DNA of 64,000 nucleotides from Synechococcales cyanobacterium VAR_4_metabat_354 (lineage in GTDB: Bacteria > Cyanobacteriota > Cyanobacteriia > Cyanobacteriales > Chamaesiphonaceae): assembly GCA_031414775.1 (NCBI GenBank), contig JANOQI010000054.1, forward strand, positions 32,001 through 96,000. Direction: 5' to 3'. Both the position numbers and the translations under genes were made by a program. Every line of letters starts with the position of its first letter. Within the stretch, counting starts at the first letter, position 1. Positions 10,065-21,310 of this stretch are shown piece by piece. Below the pieces are notes generated by a model, which was not told where the DNA came from, ran no database searches, and saw nothing but the letters and a program-made list of their open reading frames with translations.

Positions 10065-10067
10065 ATC

Positions 10068-11261
10068 ATGCGCCTACTGGTGGGCATTGGTGGTGGCATT
10101 GCTGCCTATAAAGTCTGTGGGGTCATTTCTACCCTCTTTCAGGAGGGCGTAGAAGTACGAGTCGTACTCACTACTGCTGCTCAGCAATTCATTACCCCGC
10201 TAACGGTGGCCACCCTCTCGCGGCAGCCCGCCTATACTGACGCTGATTTCTGGCAGCCCATTCACCACCGCCCTCTACATATTGAGTTAGGTGAATGGGC
10301 TGATTTGATCCTGATTGCGCCGCTGACGGCCAATACTTTGGGGAAGCTGGCCAATGGGCTGGCGGATAACTTGTTGACCAATATCGTGTTAGCCTCTGCC
10401 TGTCCGGTGTTACTAGCTCCAGCCATGAATACTGACATGTGGGAGCAGGTCGCCGTGCGCCGCAATTGGCAGCTACTGCAAGCAGATCAGCGCTATCACT
10501 GGTGCGATCCGGGAGCCGGTCTGTTGGCTTGCGATCGAGTGGGTCAAGGACGTTTGGCTGAACCAGCGATGATTATTAATCATGTTCGATCGATCTTCAT
10601 CACCCACGGCAAAAGAGATTTCGTTGGTCGCCATCTTTTGATCAGCACTGGCGGCACCCGCGAATTTCTTGATCCAGTGCGGTTTATTGGCAATCCGGCC
10701 ACGGGCAAAATGGGTTTGGCGCTAGCGCAAGCCGCTGCCCAGCGTGGTGCCCACGTAACATTGGTCTATGCTAATTTGCCAGAGCTACCCCAAGAATCTG
10801 GGATCACCGCCATTGCAGCGGTGAGCAGTGACTTAATGGCAGCAGAATTGTTTAAATATTTTCCTAGTGCCGATTTTACTTTCATGGCGGCGGCAGTGGC
10901 CGACGTGAAGCCAGCTAACTATGTTGACCGGAAGTTAGCCAAACAGGAATTATCGGATCATTTATCAGTGGTGGCCGTACAGGACATTGCCGCCACATTA
11001 GGTCAGCGCAAACAGCCCAGGCAAAAGCTGATTGGTTTTGCGGCGCAGACTGGAGATATTGTGACTCCGGCACAGGAAAAGTTAGTGCGCAAGAATTTGG
11101 ATGCGATCGTGGCTAATCCGATCAATCTCCCCAACTCCGGTTTTGGTAGCGATCAAAATCAAGCAGTGTGGATAGACAAGTATGGTCAGCAAGTAGAGAT
11201 TCCGACTTGCTCCAAGCTAGAAATGGCTCACTTACTATTGGATTTTGCACTAACGCTCTAA
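10068..11261 (+). CDS. coaBC: Phosphopantothenoylcysteine decarboxylase / phosphopantothenate-cysteine ligase
   Basis: [42 protein letters not shown] and GFAAQT motifs. Confidence 0.95.
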   Translation: MRLLVGIGGGIAAYKVCGVISTLFQEGVEVRVVLTTAAQQFITPLTVATLSRQPAYTDADFWQPIHHRPLHIELGEWADLILIAPLTANTLGKLANGLADNLLTNIVLASACPVLLAPAMNTDMWEQVAVRRNWQLLQADQRYHWCDPGAGLLACDRVGQGRLAEPAMIINHVRSIFITHGKRDFVGRHLLISTGGTREFLDPVRFIGNPATGKMGLALAQAAAQRGAHVTLVYANLPELPQESGITAIAAVSSDLMAAELFKYFPSADFTFMAAAVADVKPANYVDRKLAKQELSDHLSVVAVQDIAATLGQRKQPRQKLIGFAAQTGDIVTPAQEKLVRKNLDAIVANPINLPNSGFGSDQNQAVWIDKYGQQVEIPTCSKLEMAHLLLDFALTL

Positions 11262-11398
11262 CAAAATATCTGCCATAGCACCTAAAATCAATTTTATACT
11301 TTTGACCACATAGTCCAATTCAAAAATGACTATGCCTTTCCACTAAATCGATGTTTGATTTGGCTACGTCAACTCGTAATGTTTCCGCAGGAAAATTT

Positions 11399-11521
11399 AT
11401 GGTCAGCAAATTTGTAGATTTGAGTTTGTTATTGGTCGCGATCGTTTGGGGATCTAGTTACAGCGTGGCCAAAGCGGCACTACTAGACATGCCAGTCCTA
11501 ACTTTTCTATTTACAGGATAA
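11399..11521 (+). pseudogene. Truncated EamA/DMT-family transporter N-terminus (40 aa)
   Basis: Manual translation MVSKFVDLSLLLVAIVWGSSYSVAKAALLDMPVLTFLFTG* contains the DMT first-helix signature LLVAxVWGSSY..AK; no continuation found downstream. Confidence 0.7.
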
Positions 11522-11625
11522 CGCCAGTGGCAAAAATCGCCACAGAAATAATTGTCACGAGACGCAGTCCAGAAATTTCTGCAACAATCTATATCTATAT
11601 CAATCAGTTAAGTTACCGATCGATC

Positions 11626-12273
11626 ATGCAATTGTCTAACTTTTACACTTCATCAATTGGCCGCAAATTGATTATGGCCAGTACTGGCCTGTTCTTGATG
11701 GCCTTTCTGATTGTTCATTTGGGTCTCAACGCTACAATCTTGGCTGCCGATGGCAATGCTTTGTTCGATCAAACCGCCAATCTCCTGCGCCATAACTGGG
11801 GACTGCACCTTTTAGAAATATTGGTTTTCAGCGGTTTCGCCATCCATATTTGGCAGGGCGCGTCATTAACCATGCAAAACCGTGTCAAACGTAGCACTCC
11901 CTACGCCGTCAGTTCTGATTTTTCCTTCAACCCGGCGAGATTCATGGGCATTTTGGGCGCGATCATCCTGGCTTTTTTGCTACTGCACCTTTATCAATTT
12001 TGGCTCCCCAACCTGCTCGGCACCAACTCTGATGGTTTATCTCAACTGATGCGATCGACCCTCAGTCAAGGCTGGGTAGTCGCAATTTACGTCCTGGGTT
12101 GCTTGGCCGTTGCTGCCCACCTTTGGCACGGCTGGCGCAGCGCCGCCACTACCTTTGGTGTAGCCGATAAATACCTGCAACTTCTCTCCACCGTTGGCAT
12201 TAGCTTCGCCCTCGCCGTCCCACTAGGTCTAGCGGCCATCCCGATTGTCCTCTTCATCAGCGCCCATGCTTAA
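11626..12273 (+). CDS. sdhC: Succinate dehydrogenase/fumarate reductase cytochrome b subunit (b558 type)
   Basis: [16 protein letters not shown], five TM helices with His residues (IVHL, AIHI, LLHL, AHLWHG); first gene of the sdh operon. Confidence 0.88.
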   Translation: MQLSNFYTSSIGRKLIMASTGLFLMAFLIVHLGLNATILAADGNALFDQTANLLRHNWGLHLLEILVFSGFAIHIWQGASLTMQNRVKRSTPYAVSSDFSFNPARFMGILGAIILAFLLLHLYQFWLPNLLGTNSDGLSQLMRSTLSQGWVVAIYVLGCLAVAAHLWHGWRSAATTFGVADKYLQLLSTVGISFALAVPLGLAAIPIVLFISAHA

Positions 12274-14188
12274 CTCCAAAATTCCTGCTGTTCCGCTCGC
12301 TCAGCAGTGGTCAACTTACCAAGAAACTGCTCGTTTAATTAGCCCCAACAATAAGCGGCAGCTAGAAGTCATCGTTATTGGTACCGGCCTAGCTGGTGCG
12401 GCCGCCGCCGCCACCTTAGCCGAACAAGGCTACCGGGTCAAAGCTTTTTGTTTTCAGGATTCACCCCGCCGCGCCCACAGTATTGCCGCCCAAGGGGGTA
12501 TCAATGCCGCTAAAAACTATCAAAATGATGGAGATTCGGTGCAGCGGCTTTTTTACGACACCATCAAGGGTGGGGACTATCGATCACGTGAAGCCAATGT
12601 CTATCGACTGGCCACGGTTAGCACCAAAATCATCGATCATTGCGTCGCTCAAGGCGTGCCTTTTGCGCGAGAATATGGCGGATTGCTCAGTAATCGCTCC
12701 TTTGGCGGCACCCAAGTACAGCGCACTTTCTATGCTGCTGGCCAAACTGGTCAACAACTTTTATTGGGTGCTTATCAAGCCCTGGAAAGGCAGATCGCAC
12801 TGGGTAATGTAGTGATGAATACCCGCCATGAAATGCTGGAAATTGTCCAGATTGAGGGTAAAGCACGAGGGATTATTGCCCGTAATTTAGTAACTGGCGA
12901 GTTAGAAAGACATTTTGGTCACGCTGTTTTGCTCTGTTCTGGTGGCTACAGCAACGTCTTTTACCTTTCCACCAACGCGATGGGCAGCAATGTCAGCGCC
13001 ACTTGGAAAGCCCACAAGCAAGGTGCTTTGTTTGCCAATCCTTGCTTCACTCAAATCCATCCCACCTGTATTCCTGTCGCTGGCGAATATCAATCGAAGC
13101 TCACCCTGATGTCGGAGAGTTTGCGTAACGATGGCCGAATTTGGGTACCGAAAAATAAAGACGATCAACGACCTACCGCCGACATCCCAGAAGCAGAACG
13201 GGATTACTTTTTAGAGCGGCGCTATCCGGCTTTTGGTAATTTGGTGCCCCGCGATATTGCTTCACGGGCAGTCAAGGAAGTCTGTGACGCGGGCTATGGT
13301 GTCGGCAGCTCCCAACGGGCGGTGTATCTAGATTACGCTGACGCTCTCCAGCGCGATGGCCGCGAGGTGCTGCAAAATAAGTACGGCAACTTGTTTGCGA
13401 TGTACACCCAAATCACCGGCGAAGACCCCTATACAGTGCCGATGCGGATTTATCCGGCGGTACATTATACGATGGGAGGCTTATGGGTGGACTACGAATT
13501 GATGACCACTATTCCTGGCCTGTATTGTTTGGGTGAAGCTAATTTTAGCGAACATGGTGCTAATCGTCTGGGGGCTTCAGCTTTGATGCAGGGTTTAGCC
13601 GATGGTTATTTTGTAATTCCGGCGACGATTAGTAATTATTTGGCTAACGACTTAGCTAATGATCGAGGCACTACAAAACTATCGATCGAACATTCATCTT
13701 TTACTCAAGCCGAGAAAATGGTAAGAGAAAAGCTCGATCGATTGATCCAGATTCAGGGTAGCCAAACCGTCACTAGTTTCCATCAACGCTTAGGAAAAAT
13801 CTTGTGGGCGCACTGTGGCATTGTTCGCAATGCCGCCGGGTTAAAGACAGCGATTCAAGAAATTCAAGCACTGCAAGTGGAGTTCTGGCGGGATGTCAAA
13901 ATTCCTGGCACCGTCAACGCTCTCAACCCTGAACTAGACCAAGCCCAGCGCGTTGCTGATTTCTTGGAGCTAGGGGAGTTGATGTGTATAGATGCCCTGC
14001 ACCGGGAAGAAAGCTGCGGCTGTCATTTCCGCGAGGAGTCCCAAACCGAGATGGGCGAAGCCCTGCGCCATGACGAAGAATATGCCCATGTGGCTGCCTG
14101 GGAATATCAGCAAGACCATCAATGGCAATTTCATGCAGAAGCGTTAAAATTCGATCTGGCCAAGTTTAGCCAGCGTTCTTATAAATGA
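12266..14188 (+). CDS. sdhA: Succinate dehydrogenase/fumarate reductase flavoprotein subunit
   Basis: [19 protein letters not shown] (covalent FAD His), HYTMGG, HGANRLG and ESCGCHFR motifs. Confidence 0.95.
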   Translation: MLNSKIPAVPLAQQWSTYQETARLISPNNKRQLEVIVIGTGLAGAAAAATLAEQGYRVKAFCFQDSPRRAHSIAAQGGINAAKNYQNDGDSVQRLFYDTIKGGDYRSREANVYRLATVSTKIIDHCVAQGVPFAREYGGLLSNRSFGGTQVQRTFYAAGQTGQQLLLGAYQALERQIALGNVVMNTRHEMLEIVQIEGKARGIIARNLVTGELERHFGHAVLLCSGGYSNVFYLSTNAMGSNVSATWKAHKQGALFANPCFTQIHPTCIPVAGEYQSKLTLMSESLRNDGRIWVPKNKDDQRPTADIPEAERDYFLERRYPAFGNLVPRDIASRAVKEVCDAGYGVGSSQRAVYLDYADALQRDGREVLQNKYGNLFAMYTQITGEDPYTVPMRIYPAVHYTMGGLWVDYELMTTIPGLYCLGEANFSEHGANRLGASALMQGLADGYFVIPATISNYLANDLANDRGTTKLSIEHSSFTQAEKMVREKLDRLIQIQGSQTVTSFHQRLGKILWAHCGIVRNAAGLKTAIQEIQALQVEFWRDVKIPGTVNALNPELDQAQRVADFLELGELMCIDALHREESCGCHFREESQTEMGEALRHDEEYAHVAAWEYQQDHQWQFHAEALKFDLAKFSQRSYK

Positions 14189-14919
14189 AACTCACTCTCA
14201 AAATTTGGCGACAGGTTGATGCCCAAGCTCTAGGTAAATTCATTACTTACCCACTCACTGCTGTCTCCCCTGATATGTCTTTTTTGGAGACGATCGATCT
14301 CCTCAATCAAAACCTAATTTTGGCAGGCGAAGAACCAATCGCCTTCGACCACGATTGCCGGGAGGGGATTTGTGGTTCCTGCGCCATGTATATCAATGGT
14401 CGTCCTCATGGTGCCGACCAAGGCAGTACCACTTGTCAGCTGTACATGCGATCGTACCAAGATGGCGATACCATTACGATCGAACCCTGGCGATCGAATG
14501 CTTTTCCGGTGATTAAAGACTTGATGGTGGATCGGTCGGCGTTCGATCGAATCATTCAAGCTGGGGGTTATATTTCGGTCAATACTGGCAATGCGGTGGA
14601 TGCGAATTCTACGCTGATCGGCAAGGAGCAGGCCGATGCAGCTTTTGCCGATGCGATGTGTATTGGTTGCGGGGCTTGTGTGGCGGCTTGCAAGAATAGT
14701 TCAGCGATGTTGTTTGTGGCGGCGAAGGTCTCACATTTGGCTAGCTTGCCGCAGGGACAACCGGAGCGGCAACGGCGGGTGGTAAATATGGTGGCACAGA
14801 TGGACAAGGAGAGATTTGGTTCTTGTACGAATACGGGGACTTGTGCGGCGGTTTGTCCGAAGGAGATTTCTTTGAGTGCGATCGGGCAGTTAAATCGGGA
14901 GTATCGACAGGCTCTGTAA
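14185..14919 (+). CDS. sdhB: Succinate dehydrogenase/fumarate reductase iron-sulfur subunit
   Basis: [21 protein letters not shown] and [12 protein letters not shown] cluster motifs; overlaps the sdhA stop. Confidence 0.95.
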   Translation: MKLTLKIWRQVDAQALGKFITYPLTAVSPDMSFLETIDLLNQNLILAGEEPIAFDHDCREGICGSCAMYINGRPHGADQGSTTCQLYMRSYQDGDTITIEPWRSNAFPVIKDLMVDRSAFDRIIQAGGYISVNTGNAVDANSTLIGKEQADAAFADAMCIGCGACVAACKNSSAMLFVAAKVSHLASLPQGQPERQRRVVNMVAQMDKERFGSCTNTGTCAAVCPKEISLSAIGQLNREYRQAL

Positions 14920-15083
14920 AGGAAAACCTCGTTTCGTGGATTCGGCGATCGCTTCAGACTTGCGCAAATTTCTTAAAAGACTGCCTAAGATTAGAGGAAA
15001 GCAATCGCAGAGGAGCCTGACTATAATAGAAGCATGGGTGAGTTCAATTTACTAATTCATTCGCGGATATCAGGAGGGTTACA

Positions 15084-15782
15084 ATGTTAACCAACGTTGT
15101 TCCGATGGGCTGGCTTTGGGAAATAGCCCAACAATGTAGAGTAGACCTCAGGTCTCATGTTTTTTATCAATCTGTTTCCAATGCTTCGAGTGCAAAAGAT
15201 CTTTTCTGGATTCGGCAACTCTACCATCTTTCAGCTGAGTTTACTGCGGCAACGGCTCTACGCTATGGCAAATGCGATGACCCACGTTTTCGGGATGCTT
15301 TTGCTGAACATGCTGCGGAAGAAGTTGGACACCCAGCACTATTAGCCCAATGGATGCGAGAGTTCGGCTTGCTCAAGCCTGATGAGTTGCCGACTTCAGT
15401 CCCACCAAATTTAGCAACATTGGCTTTGGGTTCTTATTTTATCCGATCAGTCATTCGGGAGCCACTTGCACACCAAATTATTACCCTTAACTTGATGACC
15501 GAAAGCGTTGCAGTAGATTTTTACGCCCAGATTAACCCTAAACTTGCTGAACTGGGATTAACACCTAAAGGATACTGGCTAGTTCATCAGGAAGCTGATA
15601 TGCATCATCAAGTTTTAGGGTTAGATCTCATTCCACAGTGTACAAAGGATTCTCCTATGGGATCGGACTATCTCCGAACAGTCCATGAAGTTACACAGCT
15701 TTGGCAGCGGGTATTTGACTCCTGGCATCAATTGATTCAATGTCCAGCCCAGTTCAGTCCCACTGGTTCATTCCTATTGTAG
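15084..15782 (+). CDS. Iron-containing redox enzyme (heme-oxygenase-like diiron / PqqC-CADD-like fold)
   Basis: EHAAEEVGH, a central Glu (MTES) and HQEADMHH metal-ligand pattern; AGGAGG RBS. Confidence 0.7.
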   Translation: MLTNVVPMGWLWEIAQQCRVDLRSHVFYQSVSNASSAKDLFWIRQLYHLSAEFTAATALRYGKCDDPRFRDAFAEHAAEEVGHPALLAQWMREFGLLKPDELPTSVPPNLATLALGSYFIRSVIREPLAHQIITLNLMTESVAVDFYAQINPKLAELGLTPKGYWLVHQEADMHHQVLGLDLIPQCTKDSPMGSDYLRTVHEVTQLWQRVFDSWHQLIQCPAQFSPTGSFLL

Positions 15783-15790
15783 GAGTTTGG

Positions 15791-16702
15791 ATGAAGAATA
15801 ACATAAAGTTCATTTGGATCATATTACTTATTACTGCTGAATTACTCGGAATTCGGATGAGGAGTGATGCACAGACTGTTTCTCAGAATCCCCAAACTTT
15901 AGGAACAACAGAGTTTGTTCGTACCCGCTGCTCTACGGATGGGAGGAATACATACATCGAATGGAGTGGTGCTGTCTACGCATTTGTGCCGCAGGAAAAA
16001 CAACAAAAATTATTTAATGTTGTAGGTATGAATGTTGCTCGTTGTTTCCAGAATCAGCGAAAACAATGGGTTTTGACTTCTCGCGAACTCAACTTCTACT
16101 TAGACCCGTTGACTAACCGAATGCTGAATCGTTGGCAAAATCCGTGGACAGGGGAAAAGGTGCCCGTTGTTCATGTAGCAAATAATCCAGTCCAAAACAG
16201 TTTCAATGGAAAATATCCTGTGTCCAGGGATGGTGATCAAGTTACTTTTTCCTTAGATATTCCTCTCTTCTATCCCAATATCTTAGCCAGTGATCCAAAG
16301 TTTCAGGACTACAGCTCAGATCCACTTTATCAAGCGGGAGAGTTTTTTAAATTTACCGTTTCTATGCAAGAAATAGCCAACGCCTCTTCTGTCACGGCCA
16401 CTTATATGTCGGGTACTTGGAACCGTATCGGTCCTTGGTTGCCTTGGATGAAGATGAAGGGAAAACTAGGACAACTAGTTTATAGTGCAACTATACATAA
16501 GCGGCTAAGTTTTGACGAGCTCTCTCCCTTGCTAAAACAAGAGATTACTTCACGATTACCCCTATATCGGGAAGCTCCATCTTGCTTTCTTGCGGTAAGG
16601 AATGAAACGTCGTGGATTTACTTTCAAAAACATTTTGACGATTATTTGAAAGGAACACGATTCCCTCTCTCTGAAACAGAAAGCAAGCTACCTTGTAAGT
16701 AA
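15791..16702 (+). CDS. DUF1838-like protein with N-terminal signal/TM segment
   Basis: WSGAVYAFVP, LF.VVGMNVARC, SRELNFYLDP, WQNPWTGE, VVHVANNPV and RIGPWLPWMKM motifs; AGGAG RBS before ATG 15791. Confidence 0.7.
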   Translation: MKNNIKFIWIILLITAELLGIRMRSDAQTVSQNPQTLGTTEFVRTRCSTDGRNTYIEWSGAVYAFVPQEKQQKLFNVVGMNVARCFQNQRKQWVLTSRELNFYLDPLTNRMLNRWQNPWTGEKVPVVHVANNPVQNSFNGKYPVSRDGDQVTFSLDIPLFYPNILASDPKFQDYSSDPLYQAGEFFKFTVSMQEIANASSVTATYMSGTWNRIGPWLPWMKMKGKLGQLVYSATIHKRLSFDELSPLLKQEITSRLPLYREAPSCFLAVRNETSWIYFQKHFDDYLKGTRFPLSETESKLPCK

Positions 16703-16776
16703 CCTAATTCCAAAACTATAACAAAGTGAACTACTGCCATTGGCAATAGCCCACTTTGTCTAAAAAACAGCTAAAT

Positions 16777-18168
16777 CTAGGAAGCCTTGAACCTTTTCAC
16801 GCTGGAGTACAAATTCCCCAAAATAGTCGCACAGTTCGGTGCTGGTAATCCAAAAGCATGCTGATGCAAGAGTTGAAGATACAAACAACTTAACTGATGC
16901 GCCACCCCAGCCCAGCTGAAGTTCTCTCGTACCCTTCGCGCAGCCTTCTTGCGTGCTTTTTGTGCCCACACTTCATCAACCAAAGTCCGTTCGATCGCCT
17001 TGGCAAAAGCATCCACATCCTGCGGTGGTACCAATAATCCAGTTTCTTCTGATACCACCGTAAACTGTAAACCACCGACATCGGAAGCAACCACTGGTGT
17101 ACCACAAGCCATCGCTTCGATCGCCACCAAACCAAACGGTTCGTAGTGACTCGGTACCACACACACATCAGCAGCAGCGTAGTACAGCGGCAATCGATCG
17201 TGACCGACCATCCCCACAAAATTTACTTGCGCCGTGATTCCCAGCTCGGTAACCAAATCCTCAATTCGCTGACGTTCTAAACCATCCGCCTGATTCGGAT
17301 CACTACCACCCACAATCAGTAGACTCAACTTATCCATATCCAGATTGGAAGTCTCTCGACCATCATAAATTTGGGCGATGGCGCGCACTAAAGTCTCGAT
17401 GCCTTTTCGTTGGTCAAATCGACCGACATACATCACCGTCTTGTGCTCGGTGGGTAGACCTAACTGTCGTCGAGCTTCAGGCTTAGCCAACACCTGAAAA
17501 TTATCAATATCGGTACCGCAAGGAATAATTTGAGTATTGCCCTGAGTCGAAACAAAAGACTGCAAATCAGCCTGTTCTTGAGGACTAGTAGCCACCACAC
17601 AGTCAAAAGATTCTAAAATTTCACGTTCGATCGATAGTCGTTGCTCAGCAATTGGTGGAATATCCGAAACCGATTGGTACTTCACCGCACCCAGCGAATG
17701 ATAGGTATGCACCAACTGCGTTGGGTAATAATGCTTCAGCTGCATTCCCACCCAGCCACTCATCCAGTAGTGCGTATGCACCAATTGATAGCTAATATCA
17801 TTCGCTAATTGGAACTGCAACATCGCATCTACAAAAGCTGGCATGTGCTCCATCAGCTCATCTCTAGAAACATATTCCAAAGGACCAGCCGTCAATCGAA
17901 TGGTACGGCAGTATTCACTATGTTGCACGATTTCAGCATCATCAGCACTAGCTCTGCGCGTGAACATATCCACTTGCCAACCCAGCTCGGCTAAAGATTC
18001 ACCCACTTGACGGACATAAACGTTTTGACCACCAGCAGCGTCCTTCCCGATTTCTGCGGCTGGGTCGCCATGCTCTGAAATTAATGCAATGCAGGGACGC
18101 TCACGACTAGCCGTCGCGAAACCGGAAGCAGTTTTAAACTTATTTGGTTTACTCATAACAGATGACAT
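16777..18168 (-). CDS. GT4 glycosyltransferase resembling unidomainal cyanobacterial sucrose-phosphate synthase
   Basis: IALISEHGDP...AGGQNVYV, HTHYW, HTYHSLG, GRFDQRKG and YEPFGLVAIEAMACG motifs; GAGGTG RBS before ATG 18168. Confidence 0.8.
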   Translation of the reverse strand: MSSVMSKPNKFKTASGFATASRERPCIALISEHGDPAAEIGKDAAGGQNVYVRQVGESLAELGWQVDMFTRRASADDAEIVQHSEYCRTIRLTAGPLEYVSRDELMEHMPAFVDAMLQFQLANDISYQLVHTHYWMSGWVGMQLKHYYPTQLVHTYHSLGAVKYQSVSDIPPIAEQRLSIEREILESFDCVVATSPQEQADLQSFVSTQGNTQIIPCGTDIDNFQVLAKPEARRQLGLPTEHKTVMYVGRFDQRKGIETLVRAIAQIYDGRETSNLDMDKLSLLIVGGSDPNQADGLERQRIEDLVTELGITAQVNFVGMVGHDRLPLYYAAADVCVVPSHYEPFGLVAIEAMACGTPVVASDVGGLQFTVVSEETGLLVPPQDVDAFAKAIERTLVDEVWAQKARKKAARRVRENFSWAGVAHQLSCLYLQLLHQHAFGLPAPNCATILGNLYSSVKRFKAS

Positions 18169-19047
18169 ACTTAACACCTCTGGAAAATCGTGGGGAATTG
18201 TGGTTCTCTCGCACCATGTATATGGAAAAATCAAGAACTCAAATTGAACCTAAATCGGAACATTTCGTAGTTTGACTAAAAATTTGTGACAGCGGCCACC
18301 GCCGTGAAAAATATTGAAAGTAAGATACACAGTGCGCATTTAGCTCGGCATTGGCAAAGTAGTCTCTAGAATCAAGACAAATCGACTATGTGACCTCTGG
18401 TCACTAATTCATCAGTCAACAAGCTGCCTATTAATTTCATTCCGCTGGAGTGCGAAATATTTTCCTGCCGCTGGGCAACCTGGGCAATTCTCATCACTTT
18501 TCTCCTTAGTATCAACTAGATGCGAGTATTATGTGCTGTCAAATTGTCAACGTGCTTAGACTATCAAGCATTTATTTAGTCACTATCCAAAGTGAACAGT
18601 TAATGCTCAAAAGTATTAAGGTTAATGGGATCTAGCGATTTGGGTAACTAACAGGTTGAATAGTAAATATTGGAGTAGTCACTAGCTAATCATTTCGTGC
18701 GGTCACATACAAAGATTTCCCTCCTGACTGTCAATGTTTGTACTGTTTGCCTGCCCTGTAACCAATTATATCGCGTTGCTGTAATTTTCTCTCATAATTC
18801 TAACATTTTTTTGTATTTCAGCTGTAATCTTTTATCAAGCATTGAACTGTATTTAGAGATAAACTTGCTGAAACTGTCTTCTAGAGAGCAATTGAACTGT
18901 TGTATTTATTAGTTGGTAGCCCCTGAATATCTTGTGAACAACAGTATTTTTTATCGGAATTTATTACCAGCTAAAAACAATTAATTCAAAAAATGGAGAG
19001 TGAACATTGTGTGAATCTGGCCACAAAGTAGTGACAATCAGTGTTTA

Positions 19048-19614
19048 CTATCTTGAAGGTTTAACTCCTAAACTATCTTGATTTGCTACTTGCCACTGTA
19101 CGACACAGCGTTGATTGGTAGGATTATGAGAACAGGTATAAGCAACAATTGGCCTCTGTTCGGAAAAACGCAGATTAAAAATTCGCACATTAAAACCATG
19201 CTTGCGGGCAGCAGTGCCCCATCTATTGATGAGCTGATAACGCTCGGGATAGTCTAAAATATTCCAAAACTGCGGATTAACCACCACGTCAATATATTTT
19301 TTCTGGGGATAAGCCAACCAATTAAGCACTAATTTGTTAGGCAGTTGTTCTTTTGTCCACCACAGGCTAGGAGAATTGATTTGACGAGGAGAAAGCTTAT
19401 CAGCTGTAATTACATCTGGTCGCGAACGCGCCAATTTGGGATTAGTCAATAGTTTTACTTCTAAGGGACTATTGGTATAACTTAGGGCAGCATATTGAGG
19501 GATCGCCTGTCCCGGTTGATTAATGACTAACCCACTAGCAATCAACATAAAACCACACCACAGCTGTTTTTTCATTATTATCATCTGTTCAAATGCCTTA
19601 ATCTTACTGGCCAC
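19048..19614 (-). CDS. Hypothetical exported cyanobacterial protein
   Basis: Signal-like N-terminus; PSLWW.KEQ, IDVVVN.Q.W and DY.ERY blocks. Confidence 0.6.
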   Translation of the reverse strand: MASKIKAFEQMIIMKKQLWCGFMLIASGLVINQPGQAIPQYAALSYTNSPLEVKLLTNPKLARSRPDVITADKLSPRQINSPSLWWTKEQLPNKLVLNWLAYPQKKYIDVVVNPQFWNILDYPERYQLINRWGTAARKHGFNVRIFNLRFSEQRPIVAYTCSHNPTNQRCVVQWQVANQDSLGVKPSR

Positions 19615-19742
19615 ATTTTAACGGTGATTTTGATAGTTGCACTGTTGTCGCCAGTGATTAATCATGATGATTTTAAACCTGTAAAATCGATTGGGATGGC
19701 TGTCGGTTAATATATATATTCACGTCTTAAGCAGCTCTCACT

Positions 19743-21296
19743 ATGATGATTCCAGAATTTCCTCAATTTACGGCACTGGCTGCCCAGGGTAATTTTATTC
19801 CGGTCTATCAAGAATGGGTTGCTGACTTAGATACTCCGATCTCGGCTTGGCAGAAGGTGTGTAGCCAGGAACCTTATAGCTTTTTATTGGAGTCGGTGGA
19901 TGGCGGCGAACAGGTGGGTCGCTACAGCTTTTTAGGCTGCAACCCTTTGTGGGTAATGGAATCTCGGGGTGATAAATCTATTCAAACACACCGCGATGGT
20001 TCTAAGCAGGAATTCACTGGCAATCCTTTTACCATTTTGGCTAGTTGCTTGACAGAATATCAGCCAGTGAAGCTAACTGAACTACCTAGTGGTATTGGTG
20101 GTTTGTTTGGGTTCTGGGGCTATGAATTAATTAAATGGATTGAACCACGGGTACCTGTACATCCAGCTGAGCTGGATGGTTTGCCAGATGGCTGCTGGAT
20201 GCAGGTTGATCATTTAATGATTTTTGACCAGGTGAAGCGCAAAATTTTTGCTGTTGCTTATGCTGACCTCAATGCGGCACAGGGAGATCTGCAACTAGCT
20301 TACCAACGGGCGATCGATCGAGTGCAATCTCTCTTAGATAAGCTGCAAAAAACTACTACTCCCAAGTTTTTGGCGTGGACTCCGCCGACGTCGCTCCAGA
20401 AGCTTTCGGCGACTGAGTTGCCAGCTAATTATCGCAGTAATACTACCAAAGAAAAATACTGTGCCAGTGTCGAAAAAGCCCAGGAGTACATCAAAGCTGG
20501 GGATATTTTTCAGGTAGTAATTTCCCAACGGCTCAGCACCGATTATGTGGGCGAGCCCTTCGATCTCTATCGATCGCTGCGCCTGGTTAATCCTTCGCCT
20601 TACATGGCTTACTTCAATTTTGGCGACTGGCAGATTATTGGTTCTAGCCCCGAAGTAATGGTCAAGGCTGAGCAGCATCTAGGACATATGCAAGCGACGC
20701 TGCGCCCGATCGCGGGTACCAGACCGCGCGGCGCGACTCCGGCTCTGGATGAAGCACTGGCTGCCGAGCTGTTGGCAGACCCCAAAGAAAGAGCAGAACA
20801 CATTATGCTGGTGGATATGGGGCGTAATGATTTGGGGCGGGTGTGTCAAAGCGGCACGGTGGTTGTTGATGAGTTGATGTCGATCGAACGTTACTCGCAT
20901 GTGATGCACATTGTCAGCAATGTGGTGGGCGAGTTAGCTGCTGACCAAACCGCCTGGGATTTAATGCAGGCTTGCTTCCCGGCTGGTACCGTGAGTGGTG
21001 CCCCCAAAATCCGGGCGCTAGAAATCATCTATGAGTTGGAAGGCTGTCGGCGCGATCCTTATGCTGGGGTTTATGGTTATTATGACTTTGAAGGTCAACT
21101 CAATACTGCGATTACCTTACGCACAATGGTGGTAAGACCTCAAGGCCATTCCCTAGGGGATAGCTCCACTGCTCACCATAAAGTTTTTGTGCAAGCTGGT
21201 GCTGGCTTGGTGGCAGATTCTAATCCCGAAAAAGAGTATGAAGAAACGCTGAACAAGGCGCGGGGTCTGTTGGAAGCAATTCGCTGTTTAGAGTAG
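19743..21296 (+). CDS. trpE: Anthranilate synthase component I
   Basis: DLDTP, FLLESV, GDIFQVVISQR, NPSPYM, SSPE, EHIMLVD, PAGTVSGAPK and QAGAG motifs. Confidence 0.95.
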   Translation: MMIPEFPQFTALAAQGNFIPVYQEWVADLDTPISAWQKVCSQEPYSFLLESVDGGEQVGRYSFLGCNPLWVMESRGDKSIQTHRDGSKQEFTGNPFTILASCLTEYQPVKLTELPSGIGGLFGFWGYELIKWIEPRVPVHPAELDGLPDGCWMQVDHLMIFDQVKRKIFAVAYADLNAAQGDLQLAYQRAIDRVQSLLDKLQKTTTPKFLAWTPPTSLQKLSATELPANYRSNTTKEKYCASVEKAQEYIKAGDIFQVVISQRLSTDYVGEPFDLYRSLRLVNPSPYMAYFNFGDWQIIGSSPEVMVKAEQHLGHMQATLRPIAGTRPRGATPALDEALAAELLADPKERAEHIMLVDMGRNDLGRVCQSGTVVVDELMSIERYSHVMHIVSNVVGELAADQTAWDLMQACFPAGTVSGAPKIRALEIIYELEGCRRDPYAGVYGYYDFEGQLNTAITLRTMVVRPQGHSLGDSSTAHHKVFVQAGAGLVADSNPEKEYEETLNKARGLLEAIRCLE

Positions 21297-21310
21297 ATAA
21301 CGGACGAGGT

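Noticed and set aside
18697..18912. 71-aa ORF in the long intergenic region
   Set aside because: AT-rich, GTG start without a clear RBS, and no recognisable motif.
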